Of a stretch of 46,560 bases of DNA, positions 17,894 through 26,637 are shown piece by piece. The translations under genes and the position numbers were made by a program. Below the pieces are notes generated by a model that was not told the origin of the DNA, searched no databases, and saw only the letters and a list, made by a program, of their open reading frames with translations. Origin of the DNA: an uncultured Candidatus Saccharibacteria bacterium (GTDB lineage Bacteria > Patescibacteriota > Minisyncoccia > Phycocordibacterales > Phycocordibacteraceae); the NCBI GenBank assembly GCA_964462415.1, contig CAYWWP010000003.1, positions 1 through 46,560 on the forward strand, read 5' to 3'. The first letter of the stretch is position 1. Each line of letters starts with the position of its first letter.

Positions 17894-18364
17894 TTAGATG
17901 TGACAGACGGCTTCAGGATGTTTATCGAAGTACCGTTGATGATACTCCTCGGCACGCCAAAATGTCGAGGCAGCCGTTACCTCAGTTGCGACCTGCTTAG
18001 GAGCATAGGTAGCCGCAATGCGGTCACGAACCCGCTGTGCTATCTCATGCTGTTCCTCATCGAGATAAAAGATGGCTGAGCGATACTGACTTCCCACATC
18101 AGGCCCTTGTCGATTCACTTGCGTCGGATCATGAATACCGAAGAATCGCTCAAGGATGTTCTCATATGAGGTGACTTCCGGATCGAAGGTGACGCGTACC
18201 GCCTCAGCATGCCCAGTGGTATCTGAACAAACTTGCTCATAGGTTGGACTATCGGTATGGCCACCGGTGTACCCACTTTCTGCATCAAGCACTCCCGGAG
18301 TGTCGAGAAATGCCTTCTCTACTCCCCAAAAACATCCTCCAGCAACGATTGCCTGATTAGTCAT
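17894..18364 (-). CDS. msrA: peptide-methionine (S)-S-oxide reductase MsrA
   Basis: GGCFWGVE active site and GHAEAV. Start moved to MTNQAIVAGGCFWG. TATACT -10 box lies 8 nt upstream. Confidence 0.9.
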   Translation of the reverse strand: MTNQAIVAGGCFWGVEKAFLDTPGVLDAESGYTGGHTDSPTYEQVCSDTTGHAEAVRVTFDPEVTSYENILERFFGIHDPTQVNRQGPDVGSQYRSAIFYLDEEQHEIAQRVRDRIAATYAPKQVATEVTAASTFWRAEEYHQRYFDKHPEAVCHI

Positions 18365-18471
18365 ATGTAACCAGTATACGCCCGAGTCGGTTCTCAAGGG
18401 TAGAACATCGCACATTACGAACTACGGCACCGGCTGCTCTTTCGGGCACTTATCAGTTCACATTCCCTGCT

Positions 18472-18708
18472 ATGGCTATGTTTAAGGCTATCGGGCTCGG
18501 GATTCTGATACTCGTCCTTCAGTTTCTTGCCCCTGCCGTATTCACCCAGGCACAAGCTACTACTATCGCAATCCTGCGCGGTGCTGAGGTAAGCGCAAAC
18601 GCAGCAAGCAACCTCGCTGCAAGCGCGTCTCTTGCTACCGGCAAGAGCTACCTGCCTCAAGCACTTCCCGCATACGACCCGCTACCGCAGGCCCGTCAGA
18701 TTCGATAG
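18472..18708 (+). CDS. possible small secreted/anchored protein (78 aa)
   Basis: N-terminal hydrophobic segment and an Ala/Ser-rich tail. It fills an otherwise empty spacer. No family recognised. Confidence 0.35.
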   Translation: MAMFKAIGLGILILVLQFLAPAVFTQAQATTIAILRGAEVSANAASNLAASASLATGKSYLPQALPAYDPLPQARQIR

Positions 18709-18780
18709 CATGCACACGCCTACAGCCAGACTATCCCCGTCTGGCTGTGCGTATAAGGTGTCCGTGTATACTGAAGTGAC

Positions 18781-19398
18781 ATGTTTTCAGAACTCACTGG
18801 CCTTTCGTTGCCTGCACTTATTGAAGCTGCCGGATACTTCGGCCTCTTTCTTATTGTGTTTGCTGAGTCCGGCGTACCGATAGGCTTCATCTTTCCGGGA
18901 GATAGCCTTCTCTTTGTTGCGGGCCTTCTTGCCTCGCAAGGCATCTTTTCTATCGTGCCACTCCTCTGTATAACGACGAGCGCAGCCATCATTGGTGATA
19001 GCGTAGGGTATGCTACGGGGGCCTACGCCGGCCCCAAGCTCTTTTCAGGCACCGGTTTCTTTTTTAATGAACGCACCGTCACTCGTACACAGGCCTTTTA
19101 TGAAAAATACGGCGCAAGCGCACTTATCCTTGCACGCTTTGTACCTGCCGTCCGTACATTTGTGCCTATCTTTGCAGGTGTAGCGCGGATGCGCTACCGC
19201 ACGTTCCTCACCTATAACGTCGTAGGTGGCGTACTCTGGGGCACAGGTGTTACCACACTCGGATATTTGCTTGGCAATACCTTCCCAGGCATTGAGCACT
19301 ACGTACTACCGGTGGCGGTTGGCATTATTGCACTCTCTGCACTTCCGGTAGCCATAGAGCTGTACCAAGCATTTAACGCTAAACGACGCAAAACATAG
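18781..19398 (+). CDS. dedA: DedA/SNARE-associated family membrane protein
   Basis: Conserved DedA core (ESGVPIGFIFPGDSLLF..G, ARFVPAVRTFVP..AG). Confidence 0.88.
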   Translation: MFSELTGLSLPALIEAAGYFGLFLIVFAESGVPIGFIFPGDSLLFVAGLLASQGIFSIVPLLCITTSAAIIGDSVGYATGAYAGPKLFSGTGFFFNERTVTRTQAFYEKYGASALILARFVPAVRTFVPIFAGVARMRYRTFLTYNVVGGVLWGTGVTTLGYLLGNTFPGIEHYVLPVAVGIIALSALPVAIELYQAFNAKRRKT

Positions 19399-19399
19399 C

Positions 19400-19428
19400 A
19401 AAAAGCCCGAGACACGCTCGGGCTTTTT
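19400..19428. terminator. bidirectional terminator
   Basis: aaaaagcccgag-acacg-ctcgggcttttt. Confidence 0.7.
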
Positions 19429-19429
19429 G

Positions 19430-19588
19430 CTATTTCAGCTCTCCGCGCATTGCTGCATTCAACGCATTCTCATATGCTCGTTGCTGGTACATCTTTCCGA
19501 GCTGAAAGCCCAGCAAGAATACGAGCACAAAGAGCACAATAGCCAAAAGCTGCGAAAAACGGGTCACTGAGTTCCAAGAGATCTTCAT
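19430..19588 (-). CDS. small single-TM protein (52 aa)
   Basis: MKISWNSVTRFSQLLAIVLFVLVFLLGF... TATACT -10 box lies 7 nt upstream of the ATG. Below the ORF-track cutoff. Confidence 0.4.
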   Translation of the reverse strand: MKISWNSVTRFSQLLAIVLFVLVFLLGFQLGKMYQQRAYENALNAAMRGELK

Positions 19589-19603
19589 GGAACTTAGTAT
19601 ACG

Positions 19604-20155
19604 CTATACCCGCACGCGGTCGATGAAAGCCGTGAATGCTGCAATACCACTGACGATATGCTCCTTGGTGGATTCGTCGGTTATCGTGCCATCTTCTGCA
19701 AACTTACTGCCCGCACCACCGACATAGAATTCAGGCTGTCCCACTACATGAGCGTCGAGATAGAGCATGATTTGCTTCAGATGATATTGCGCTAGCGCTG
19801 CGGAAATCGGACCAATTGAGGCACCAACCACAAACACTGGCTTACCTTTCCACGCCGAGTCTCCATACGGACGGCTCGTCCAATCGATTGCATTCTTGAG
19901 CACACCCGGAATAGAACGATTGTATTCTGGTGTCGCAATGATAATGCCATCAGCAGCACGTATTTTATCCTTTAGCGCCTGAGCCGCTTCAGGATATGCC
20001 GCTTCGTCATCTTGGTTATAGAGCGCAAGCGCACTAATGTCTGCGTGCTCTACAGTCACTCCTTGTGGGGCTTCAAGAGCAAATGCACGCAGGAGCGCGG
20101 TGTTGAACGACTTCTCGCGAAGTGAACCTGAAATAGTGAGGAGGTTATATGACAT
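19604..20155 (-). CDS. NADPH-dependent FMN reductase family protein
   Basis: ISGSLREKSFN...ATPEYNRSIPGVLKNAIDW motif pattern. 183 aa. Confidence 0.88.
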   Translation of the reverse strand: MSYNLLTISGSLREKSFNTALLRAFALEAPQGVTVEHADISALALYNQDDEAAYPEAAQALKDKIRAADGIIIATPEYNRSIPGVLKNAIDWTSRPYGDSAWKGKPVFVVGASIGPISAALAQYHLKQIMLYLDAHVVGQPEFYVGGAGSKFAEDGTITDESTKEHIVSGIAAFTAFIDRVRV

Positions 20156-20229
20156 GCCTGGTACCTAAATTACTGTGGATATATATCAGGTGTACCATCC
20201 GTAAAAATCACCCCTCCTGGGGATAACTT

Positions 20230-20667
20230 CTAGAGCCGTAGCGGCCGAGTGGGCGCGAGCACTGCGGTGGGATCAGTCTTCCAGATATCAGATATATCTA
20301 CATACAATTCGAGTTCATTGTCATCTGGATCAAGTATGTAGAGCGAGTGTGTTACATGGTGATCGGACATACCCATTATGCGCACTCCCTTTTCCATAAG
20401 TTCGTGATACGCCTCACGCAATTCTTGAGTAGAGTTCCCTACCTTAAACCCAATGTGATACAAGCCTGGCGACGGCGGGCGCTGTGCAGATGCCACTCCT
20501 CCAACCTCAAGCAACAGTAATTCATGATGCGTGCGCCCTCCTGAAAACACTGCCATTCCTGGTGCCCGCATAAGCTCCTTAAAACCAAGCGTGTCCCGAT
20601 AAAAATTCGCTGATGCTTCTGCACTGCGCACATACAACACCACATGCCCTAATTCATGTATCTTCAT
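20230..20667 (-). CDS. VOC/glyoxalase-bleomycin-resistance family protein
   Basis: GHVVLYVRS...FYRD.LGF, and HIGFKV / H..Y..DPD.N..EL metal-ligand pattern. Confidence 0.85.
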   Translation of the reverse strand: MKIHELGHVVLYVRSAEASANFYRDTLGFKELMRAPGMAVFSGGRTHHELLLLEVGGVASAQRPPSPGLYHIGFKVGNSTQELREAYHELMEKGVRIMGMSDHHVTHSLYILDPDDNELELYVDISDIWKTDPTAVLAPTRPLRL

Positions 20668-20713
20668 GTCTCTCTATGGTACGGCACTGTCCGAAGCTTG
20701 AAGGAGTGGATAG

Positions 20714-20741
20714 AAAAACACGCCCATGCGGGCGTGTTTTT
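20714..20741 (-). terminator. terminator downstream of the DsbA-like gene
   Basis: aaaaacacgccc-atgc-gggcgtgttttt. Confidence 0.7.
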
Positions 20742-20762
20742 CTAAGAGAGCACTAGACTCAA

Positions 20763-21470
20763 TTACTTCTTGAGTTCAGCGTCAATCTCTGCAGACACCT
20801 GTGCGTATGGTACTGCACCCTGGAGAAGCTTCTTACCGATGATCACACTTGGTGTTCCGTTAATACCGAATGACGAAGCCTCTGCACGAGAATCGTTCAT
20901 AATCTTCATGTACTCGGTCTTCTTGCTGTCCATGAGTGACTTGATCTTTGCAGTATCAATGCCAGGAGTCTTGTCCTTGGTGAGCTTCTCGATTGATGCG
21001 AGATCACCAAAGCCCTGATCACCCTCATCATCCTGAGCGTCCATCATAGCCTTGAACCAGTCGTAGAACTGATCAGGATAGGTTTCCCATACTGCCTGAG
21101 CGAAGAGCGCAGCTGTCGTTGAGTCTTCACCAAGGAACTGGAAGTCCTTGAAGTAGATCTTGAGCTTGCCGGTCTTTACGTACTTCTCAATGAGTTCGGG
21201 AGTAACGGTCTGCTCGAACTGCTTGCAGAACGGACACTGGTAATCGAACCAGAGCGCAAGCGACACCGGAGCACTTGCGTCTCCAATGAACGGCGTGTTG
21301 TCAGTCTTCACATCCTTAATATCTACCGCGACTGAAGGCTGCGCTCCTTGATTCTGCGAAGGAGCACCACCGCGACCAAACATAAACGCAAGCGCAATGA
21401 TGACCGCACCTACTACGACCGCAATCGGAGTAAGATACTTTTCAATAAATCCACCTGAGGTCTTATCCAT
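20763..21470 (-). CDS. DsbA-family thiol:disulfide oxidoreductase, membrane-anchored
   Basis: N-terminal TM segment and the CPFC active site (FDYQCPFCKQFE). Confidence 0.88.
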   Translation of the reverse strand: MDKTSGGFIEKYLTPIAVVVGAVIIALAFMFGRGGAPSQNQGAQPSVAVDIKDVKTDNTPFIGDASAPVSLALWFDYQCPFCKQFEQTVTPELIEKYVKTGKLKIYFKDFQFLGEDSTTAALFAQAVWETYPDQFYDWFKAMMDAQDDEGDQGFGDLASIEKLTKDKTPGIDTAKIKSLMDSKKTEYMKIMNDSRAEASSFGINGTPSVIIGKKLLQGAVPYAQVSAEIDAELKK

Positions 21471-21513
21471 AAGCCTAATTACAATACCCTATTAGCAATA
21501 CTCTAAGTATAGC

Positions 21514-21545
21514 AGAAACCCCAGATTGCAAGATCTGGGGTTTCT
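21514..21545 (-). terminator. terminator downstream of the DEAD-box helicase gene
   Basis: agaaaccccagat-tgcaag-atctggggtttct. Confidence 0.7.
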
Positions 21546-21565
21546 CAAAGCCTCACGGACTGAAT

Positions 21566-22990
21566 TTAGGCGTAGATGAAGGTAAGCGCACGGCCTGCCT
21601 CGCCCGCGCGGCCCGTACGGCCAATACGATGCGTGTAGTCCTCGTAGGTTGCTGGCAGGTCATAGTTGATGACGAGCGTTACACCCGAGATATCAAGTCC
21701 ACGAGCAGCCACGTCGGTAGCCACAAGCACAGATGCATCACCACGCTTGAAGAGTCCGAGTGCCTTCTGACGAGCGCCATGAGTCTTATCACCATGAATA
21801 CTCTCTGCGCGGATGCCACCCTGACGGAGCTCCTTCGTAAGGCGCTCTACACCGTGCTTGGTGCGACCAAACACAAGCGTGCGATTACTCGTCTCGTTCT
21901 TGAGGATATCAAGAAGGGTCTCGAACTTGTTGTCATGCGTCACACGCACTACATCCTGATCAATAGTGTGTGAGGTCTCACGGGTCTTTACGGTCACGCG
22001 AATTGGATCCTTAAGGAAAGCACCAATCAGCTTCTCAATGTCGCGAGACATGGTAGCTGAGAAGAAGAGTGTGTGACGATCTGCACGCATCTTACTCATG
22101 ATGAAGCGCATGTCCTCGATAAAGCCCATGTCGAGCATGCGATCAGCTTCGTCGAGCACTACCGTACTGAAGCCTCCGAGATTAAGCTCGCGGCGCTCCA
22201 TAAGGTCCTTGAGGCGTCCTGGCGTACCAATGACAAATGCTGGATCGCGACGAAGCACGCGTACCTGTGGATTGATGTTTGCACCACCCACACAGGTTAC
22301 TGATGACAGTCCGAGACCCTTTGCAAAGCCCCAAAACTCTTCCTCAATCTGGATAGCAAGCTCGCGCGTCGGCACCATAATAAGCACGCGTTCGCGCTCA
22401 CCAAGTGCACGGAACTTCAGTACCTTATCGATAAGTGGAATAAGAAACGCTGCGGTCTTTCCGGTTCCGGTGTTAGCAAGACCTACGACATCTGCACCCG
22501 TAAGTACGTGTGGAATAGCCTGATCTTGAATTGGGGTTGGAAGAAGGTATCCCTTCTTAGCAATGTTTGCCTTAAGCTGTGCGTCAATCGCAAAACCTTC
22601 AAACGCATGCGTTGGTACATATGCCTCTACTTCCTCAGGAGCAGATGCCTTGTTGACGAGCTTTGAGATCTCGACATCCATTTCCTGATAGTTCTTGCGA
22701 CCACGGGTTCCCGTGCGCTCACCACCACGAGATTCGTATGGACGAGAACTGCCACGACGTGACTGACCACCACGACCGCCTGCGCGGCCACGATCATTAC
22801 CACCGCGTCCACCACGGCGATTGTCTGCTGAAGCTGTTACCGGCGGCTTCCATCCACCTTCAAGCGCAAAACGAATACCCGCTTCATATGCGGAACTCAT
22901 GCGCGGTTGTGCAGGGCCGCGAGAGCGACCACCACGAGGCGCGTTTGAGCGATTGTTACCGCCATGACGCGCTGATTTCTGTTGATTCAT
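21566..22990 (-). CDS. DEAD-box ATP-dependent RNA helicase with an RGG-rich N-terminal extension
   Basis: Q motif, NTGTGKTAAF (motif I), VLDEADRML (DEAD), FSATMS (SAT), HRIGRTGRAG (motif VI). The first ~105 residues are Arg/Gly-rich low complexity. Confidence 0.92.
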   Translation of the reverse strand: MNQQKSARHGGNNRSNAPRGGRSRGPAQPRMSSAYEAGIRFALEGGWKPPVTASADNRRGGRGGNDRGRAGGRGGQSRRGSSRPYESRGGERTGTRGRKNYQEMDVEISKLVNKASAPEEVEAYVPTHAFEGFAIDAQLKANIAKKGYLLPTPIQDQAIPHVLTGADVVGLANTGTGKTAAFLIPLIDKVLKFRALGERERVLIMVPTRELAIQIEEEFWGFAKGLGLSSVTCVGGANINPQVRVLRRDPAFVIGTPGRLKDLMERRELNLGGFSTVVLDEADRMLDMGFIEDMRFIMSKMRADRHTLFFSATMSRDIEKLIGAFLKDPIRVTVKTRETSHTIDQDVVRVTHDNKFETLLDILKNETSNRTLVFGRTKHGVERLTKELRQGGIRAESIHGDKTHGARQKALGLFKRGDASVLVATDVAARGLDISGVTLVINYDLPATYEDYTHRIGRTGRAGEAGRALTFIYA

Positions 22991-23204
22991 ATACCCTAAA
23001 GTTGTGTGTTGGTGGAGAGCGCCTTACGCGTCACGCTCCATGGTAAGTAAGGGCCGATACATGTGGTGTATGGCGGCGCCAACGTCTCGAGTTTCAAGCC
23101 TCCGTGTGGGGCTGGTCTCGAGGAGGCGTATCTAGTGCTACTCAAGACTGAAAACGTAAGGAGAAACGTTGTACATATATTATATACCAAATTAGCCTAA
23201 AAAG

Positions 23205-23232
23205 CAAGCAGGCTGTGTATACAGCCTGCTTG
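23205..23232 (-). terminator. terminator downstream of the small basic protein gene
   Basis: caagcaggctgt-gtat-acagcctgcttg, followed by a T-run on the minus strand. Confidence 0.75.
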
Positions 23233-23239
23233 TGTGAAG

Positions 23240-23440
23240 CTATGAGCCAGAGCGTTTGGTAACGGGCCTTTTTCTGCCGCTTCCCGATTTCTTCCCGCCG
23301 TGATCTTGCTTATTCACGGTTGCCCATGCGCGTTTGCTCGCCACCTTCTTGGATACGCCACGCTTCTCATACCCCTCCTCAATATGCTTTGCCGTGCGTT
23401 TTTGTTTTGGAGTATAGGCTGACTTATCTCCCTGCGGCAT
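23240..23440 (-). CDS. small highly basic protein (66 aa), family not confidently recognised
   Basis: MPQGDKSAYTPKQKRTAKHIEEGYEKRGVSKKVASKRAWATVNK... followed by a Gly/Lys tail. It resembles widely scattered small stress-associated proteins, from memory only. Confidence 0.6.
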   Translation of the reverse strand: MPQGDKSAYTPKQKRTAKHIEEGYEKRGVSKKVASKRAWATVNKQDHGGKKSGSGRKRPVTKRSGS

Positions 23441-23443
23441 ACG

Positions 23444-23596
23444 TTACTTAATAGGGTTTCGCCCCTGGATAATACGAATCAAGACCATGATAACCGCAAT
23501 AGCGAGCAGTACATGGATGAACCCGCCGAGGGTGTAACTCGACACCATACCAAGGACCCAGAGTATGAGGAGTACGACTGCAATAGTGTAGAGCAT
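23444..23596 (-). CDS. lmo0937-family small membrane protein
   Basis: MLYTIAVVLLILWVLGMVSSYTLGGFIHVLLAIAVIMVLIRIIQGR matches the two-helix lmo0937-type pattern. Start moved to the internal Met. Confidence 0.6.
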   Translation of the reverse strand: MLYTIAVVLLILWVLGMVSSYTLGGFIHVLLAIAVIMVLIRIIQGRNPIK

Positions 23597-23658
23597 AGTG
23601 AATGCAATATTACGAATATGAGTAGACACTCACGCTAGCGCGAATGGCATGAAGCAGT

Positions 23659-23696
23659 AATGAAATACGCGACCCCCAGGGGTCGCGTATTTCATT
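23659..23696 (-). terminator. 18-bp hairpin downstream of typA
   Basis: aatgaaatacgcgacccc-ca-ggggtcgcgtatttcatt. Confidence 0.6.
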
Positions 23697-23714
23697 ATTC
23701 CTCTGTACTTTCGA

Positions 23715-25502
23715 CTAGGAGCGGCGAGCCTTGGCGCGATCGCTCTCAGTGAGCATCTGCTTGCGCAAGCGCACACTCTCGGGAGTAATTTCGAGATACT
23801 CGTCCTCTGCCATTACCTCAAGACCGCGCTCGATAGTGAGCTCGTATGGAGGGAAGAGGTTGATTGCCTCGTCGTTTCCAGAAGAGCGCACGTTCGTGAG
23901 GTTCTTACCCTTAGTAGGGTTCGCCATCATCTCCTCACCCTTTGAGGTGTTACCAATAACCATACCTTCATACACTTCCGTAGCTGGAGTGATGTAGAGC
24001 GTACCGCGATCCTGGAGACCCCAGAGTGCGTAGCCAAGTGCCTTGCCGGTCGCCATAGAAATCATCGAGCCTACCTGACGCTTCTTGATTTCACCTGCGT
24101 ATGGCTTGAAGCCAAGCACGCGAGACGAGAGAATTCCCTCACCCTTCGTATCAATGATGAACTGGTTGCGGTATCCGAGAAGTCCACGAGTAGGACCCTC
24201 AAACGTGAGGCGTACAATCTCGCCATCCTGCACCAAGTTCTGCATCACAAACGCACGCGTGCCGAGGCGCTCGATAATTGCTCCCTGGTACTCCGTAGGC
24301 GTGTCGATAATCACCTCCTCAAATGGCTCGCTCTTCACGCCATCAATCTCGCGGATAATTACCTGTGGCTGTGAGACCTGCATTTCGTATCCTGCGCGAC
24401 GCATGTTCTCAAGGAGAATAGCGATATGGAGTTCACCACGACCTGACACCTTAAACGCATCTGGTGAGACGAAGTCCACCTTAAGACCCACGTTCACCTC
24501 AAGCTCGCGCTCAAGGTACTCGCGAAGCTGACGGCTGGTCACATACTTGCCTTCGCGTCCTGCAAATGGAGAGTTATTCACGAGGAAATTCACCGTGATA
24601 GTAGGCTCGTCAATTGCAATTGCTGGCATTGGTTCTACCCCCGCATCAGTAGTGACGGTCTCACCGATGTATGCGTCAGCAATACCGGCAAGAATAATAA
24701 TGTCTCCTGCTACCGCTTCCTCTACTTCGACGCGCTCAAGACCCTTAAAGCTAAAGATCTTCGTAATCTTTACCTGGCGCGCTTCGCCATTTGGCTTCTT
24801 CACAAATACGGTCTGCCCCATCTTTACCGAGCCTTCGTACACGCGACCGATTGCAAGACGACCAAGGAAGTTGTCGTACGCAAGGTTGAAGGTCTGGAAC
24901 TTAAGCGGCTTATCCGCAGTATCTCCACTATTAGTAGGTGGTACGAGCTCAAGCACTACATCAAGTAGTGGCGTGAGGTCCTTACGCTCATCGGTGAGAT
25001 TGCGCATAGCCACACCCTCGCGACCAATGGCGTACACCGTCGTGAAGTCTGACTGCTCGTCGCTTGCACCAAGCTCCCAGAAGAGCTCGAGCACCTGCTC
25101 CTCAGCGCGTGCTGGATCAGCTGCTGGCTTATCAATCTTGTTGAGTACGACGATAGGCTTAAGACCAAGCTCAAGTGACTTCTTAAGCACGAAACGCGTC
25201 TGCGGCATAGGACCTTCCTGGGCGTCCACAATAAGGAGCACTGAGTCAATAGAGCGAAGCACACGCTCTACTTCTGAACCGAAGTCGGAGTGTCCTGGTG
25301 TGTCTACGATGTTGATCTTCGTACCCTTGTACTCAATAGAAGTGTTCTTGGAGTAAATGGTAATACCGCGCTCGTGCTCGAGTGCGTTATTGTCCATGGA
25401 TACACCTTCAGGTGCAGCGCCGGTCTGCTTCATGATGGCGTCCGTGAGCGTGGTCTTGCCGTGGTCCACGTGCGCGATGATGGCGATATTTCTAATTTCC
25501 AT
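23715..25502 (-). CDS. typA: translational GTPase TypA/BipA
   Basis: IAIIAHVDHGKTTL, DTPGHSDF, NKID G-motifs. 595 aa with EF-G-like domain order. Confidence 0.95.
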   Translation of the reverse strand: MEIRNIAIIAHVDHGKTTLTDAIMKQTGAAPEGVSMDNNALEHERGITIYSKNTSIEYKGTKINIVDTPGHSDFGSEVERVLRSIDSVLLIVDAQEGPMPQTRFVLKKSLELGLKPIVVLNKIDKPAADPARAEEQVLELFWELGASDEQSDFTTVYAIGREGVAMRNLTDERKDLTPLLDVVLELVPPTNSGDTADKPLKFQTFNLAYDNFLGRLAIGRVYEGSVKMGQTVFVKKPNGEARQVKITKIFSFKGLERVEVEEAVAGDIIILAGIADAYIGETVTTDAGVEPMPAIAIDEPTITVNFLVNNSPFAGREGKYVTSRQLREYLERELEVNVGLKVDFVSPDAFKVSGRGELHIAILLENMRRAGYEMQVSQPQVIIREIDGVKSEPFEEVIIDTPTEYQGAIIERLGTRAFVMQNLVQDGEIVRLTFEGPTRGLLGYRNQFIIDTKGEGILSSRVLGFKPYAGEIKKRQVGSMISMATGKALGYALWGLQDRGTLYITPATEVYEGMVIGNTSKGEEMMANPTKGKNLTNVRSSGNDEAINLFPPYELTIERGLEVMAEDEYLEITPESVRLRKQMLTESDRAKARRS

Positions 25503-25584
25503 AGGTTAGTACGTCAGGTGTATCAATAAAAAATGCCCGGCGGGCTGATGTCTTGATAATACAATATATATAGGTATCACGCAA

Positions 25585-26610
25585 TTAGCGGAGGTAGCGG
25601 TTTACATTAGCTAGGTGGCCGGCGTAGGTGGCAGAACAGCGAATAGTGCCGGTACTGTCGTGAATGTAGTAGAGACAATTGGTCGCCTGGGGATTAAGCG
25701 CAGCTTCAATCGACTGGAGTGACGGATTTGCAATAGGATGTGGCGGTAGTCCCACATGCTTATAGGTATTAAATGGTGAATCTATCTGCTTATCAGCAGA
25801 CGTGGGTACTGGCCACCAATCTCCTTCTCCGCCGCGCAAATACTGGAGAGTCGCATCTACCTGAAGGGCCATGCCCTTATGGATACGATTCCACAGAATA
25901 CCTGCTACCAGTGCGCGATCATTTTTCGATGCTTCACGCTCCACGAGCGATGCCATAGTAATGAGATCCGTCCAGGCAATACCTCGACGCGCTGCTTCAC
26001 GTGCGTATGGAGCGAATACGTCTTGGAATCGGCCACGCAAGCGCGCTGCAACATATGCAGGTGCCTGATCGGTTGGGATAAGGTACGTGTCTCCATAATA
26101 GACGCCTTCAGCAAAATCTATTGACGGCACCGTATCGACTTCTATCCACCGCTTCTTGGTCTCTGCGTTCCACCCCAGTTTCTTTGCAAGCAGTTGTGCT
26201 ATTTGCTCTTTGCGCCAACCACTCGGGAAGGTGACCCATGCCATGTACGGAGGGGATGCGAGCAACTTCGCAATCTGCATAGTGTCCATAGATGCTGAGA
26301 GTTTATAGCCTCCCTCTTGTATCCCGGTCCCCTTGTCATAGAGATGGTATGCGAGCGCAAACGCCGTACTACTCTTAATGAATCCAGCCTGACGCAAATC
26401 ACGAGTGACCTCAAATACACTCGTGTCTGGCTTTACGATAAATTCTTGTGGAAGCGCAGTGGTATCTGCAGGTCCAAAGAACTGAGCAAAGAGCATGAGT
26501 GCTCCAAGTACAGACGCTACAAGGAGCGAGAGCCCAATAACGATATTCCTGCGCGGCACCGGTCGAAGACGAAACTGCCGCAGCGTATACCAAAGAGAAC
26601 GAAGCTGCAT
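25585..26610 (-). CDS. mltG: endolytic murein transglycosylase MltG (YceG-like)
   Basis: N-terminal TM segment plus the YceG core (ASLVEREA, LQVDATLQY, SPFNTYKHVGLPPHPIANP). Confidence 0.88.
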   Translation of the reverse strand: MQLRSLWYTLRQFRLRPVPRRNIVIGLSLLVASVLGALMLFAQFFGPADTTALPQEFIVKPDTSVFEVTRDLRQAGFIKSSTAFALAYHLYDKGTGIQEGGYKLSASMDTMQIAKLLASPPYMAWVTFPSGWRKEQIAQLLAKKLGWNAETKKRWIEVDTVPSIDFAEGVYYGDTYLIPTDQAPAYVAARLRGRFQDVFAPYAREAARRGIAWTDLITMASLVEREASKNDRALVAGILWNRIHKGMALQVDATLQYLRGGEGDWWPVPTSADKQIDSPFNTYKHVGLPPHPIANPSLQSIEAALNPQATNCLYYIHDSTGTIRCSATYAGHLANVNRYLR

Positions 26611-26637
26611 GGATATACCTATTCTACGCCAGGTGCG

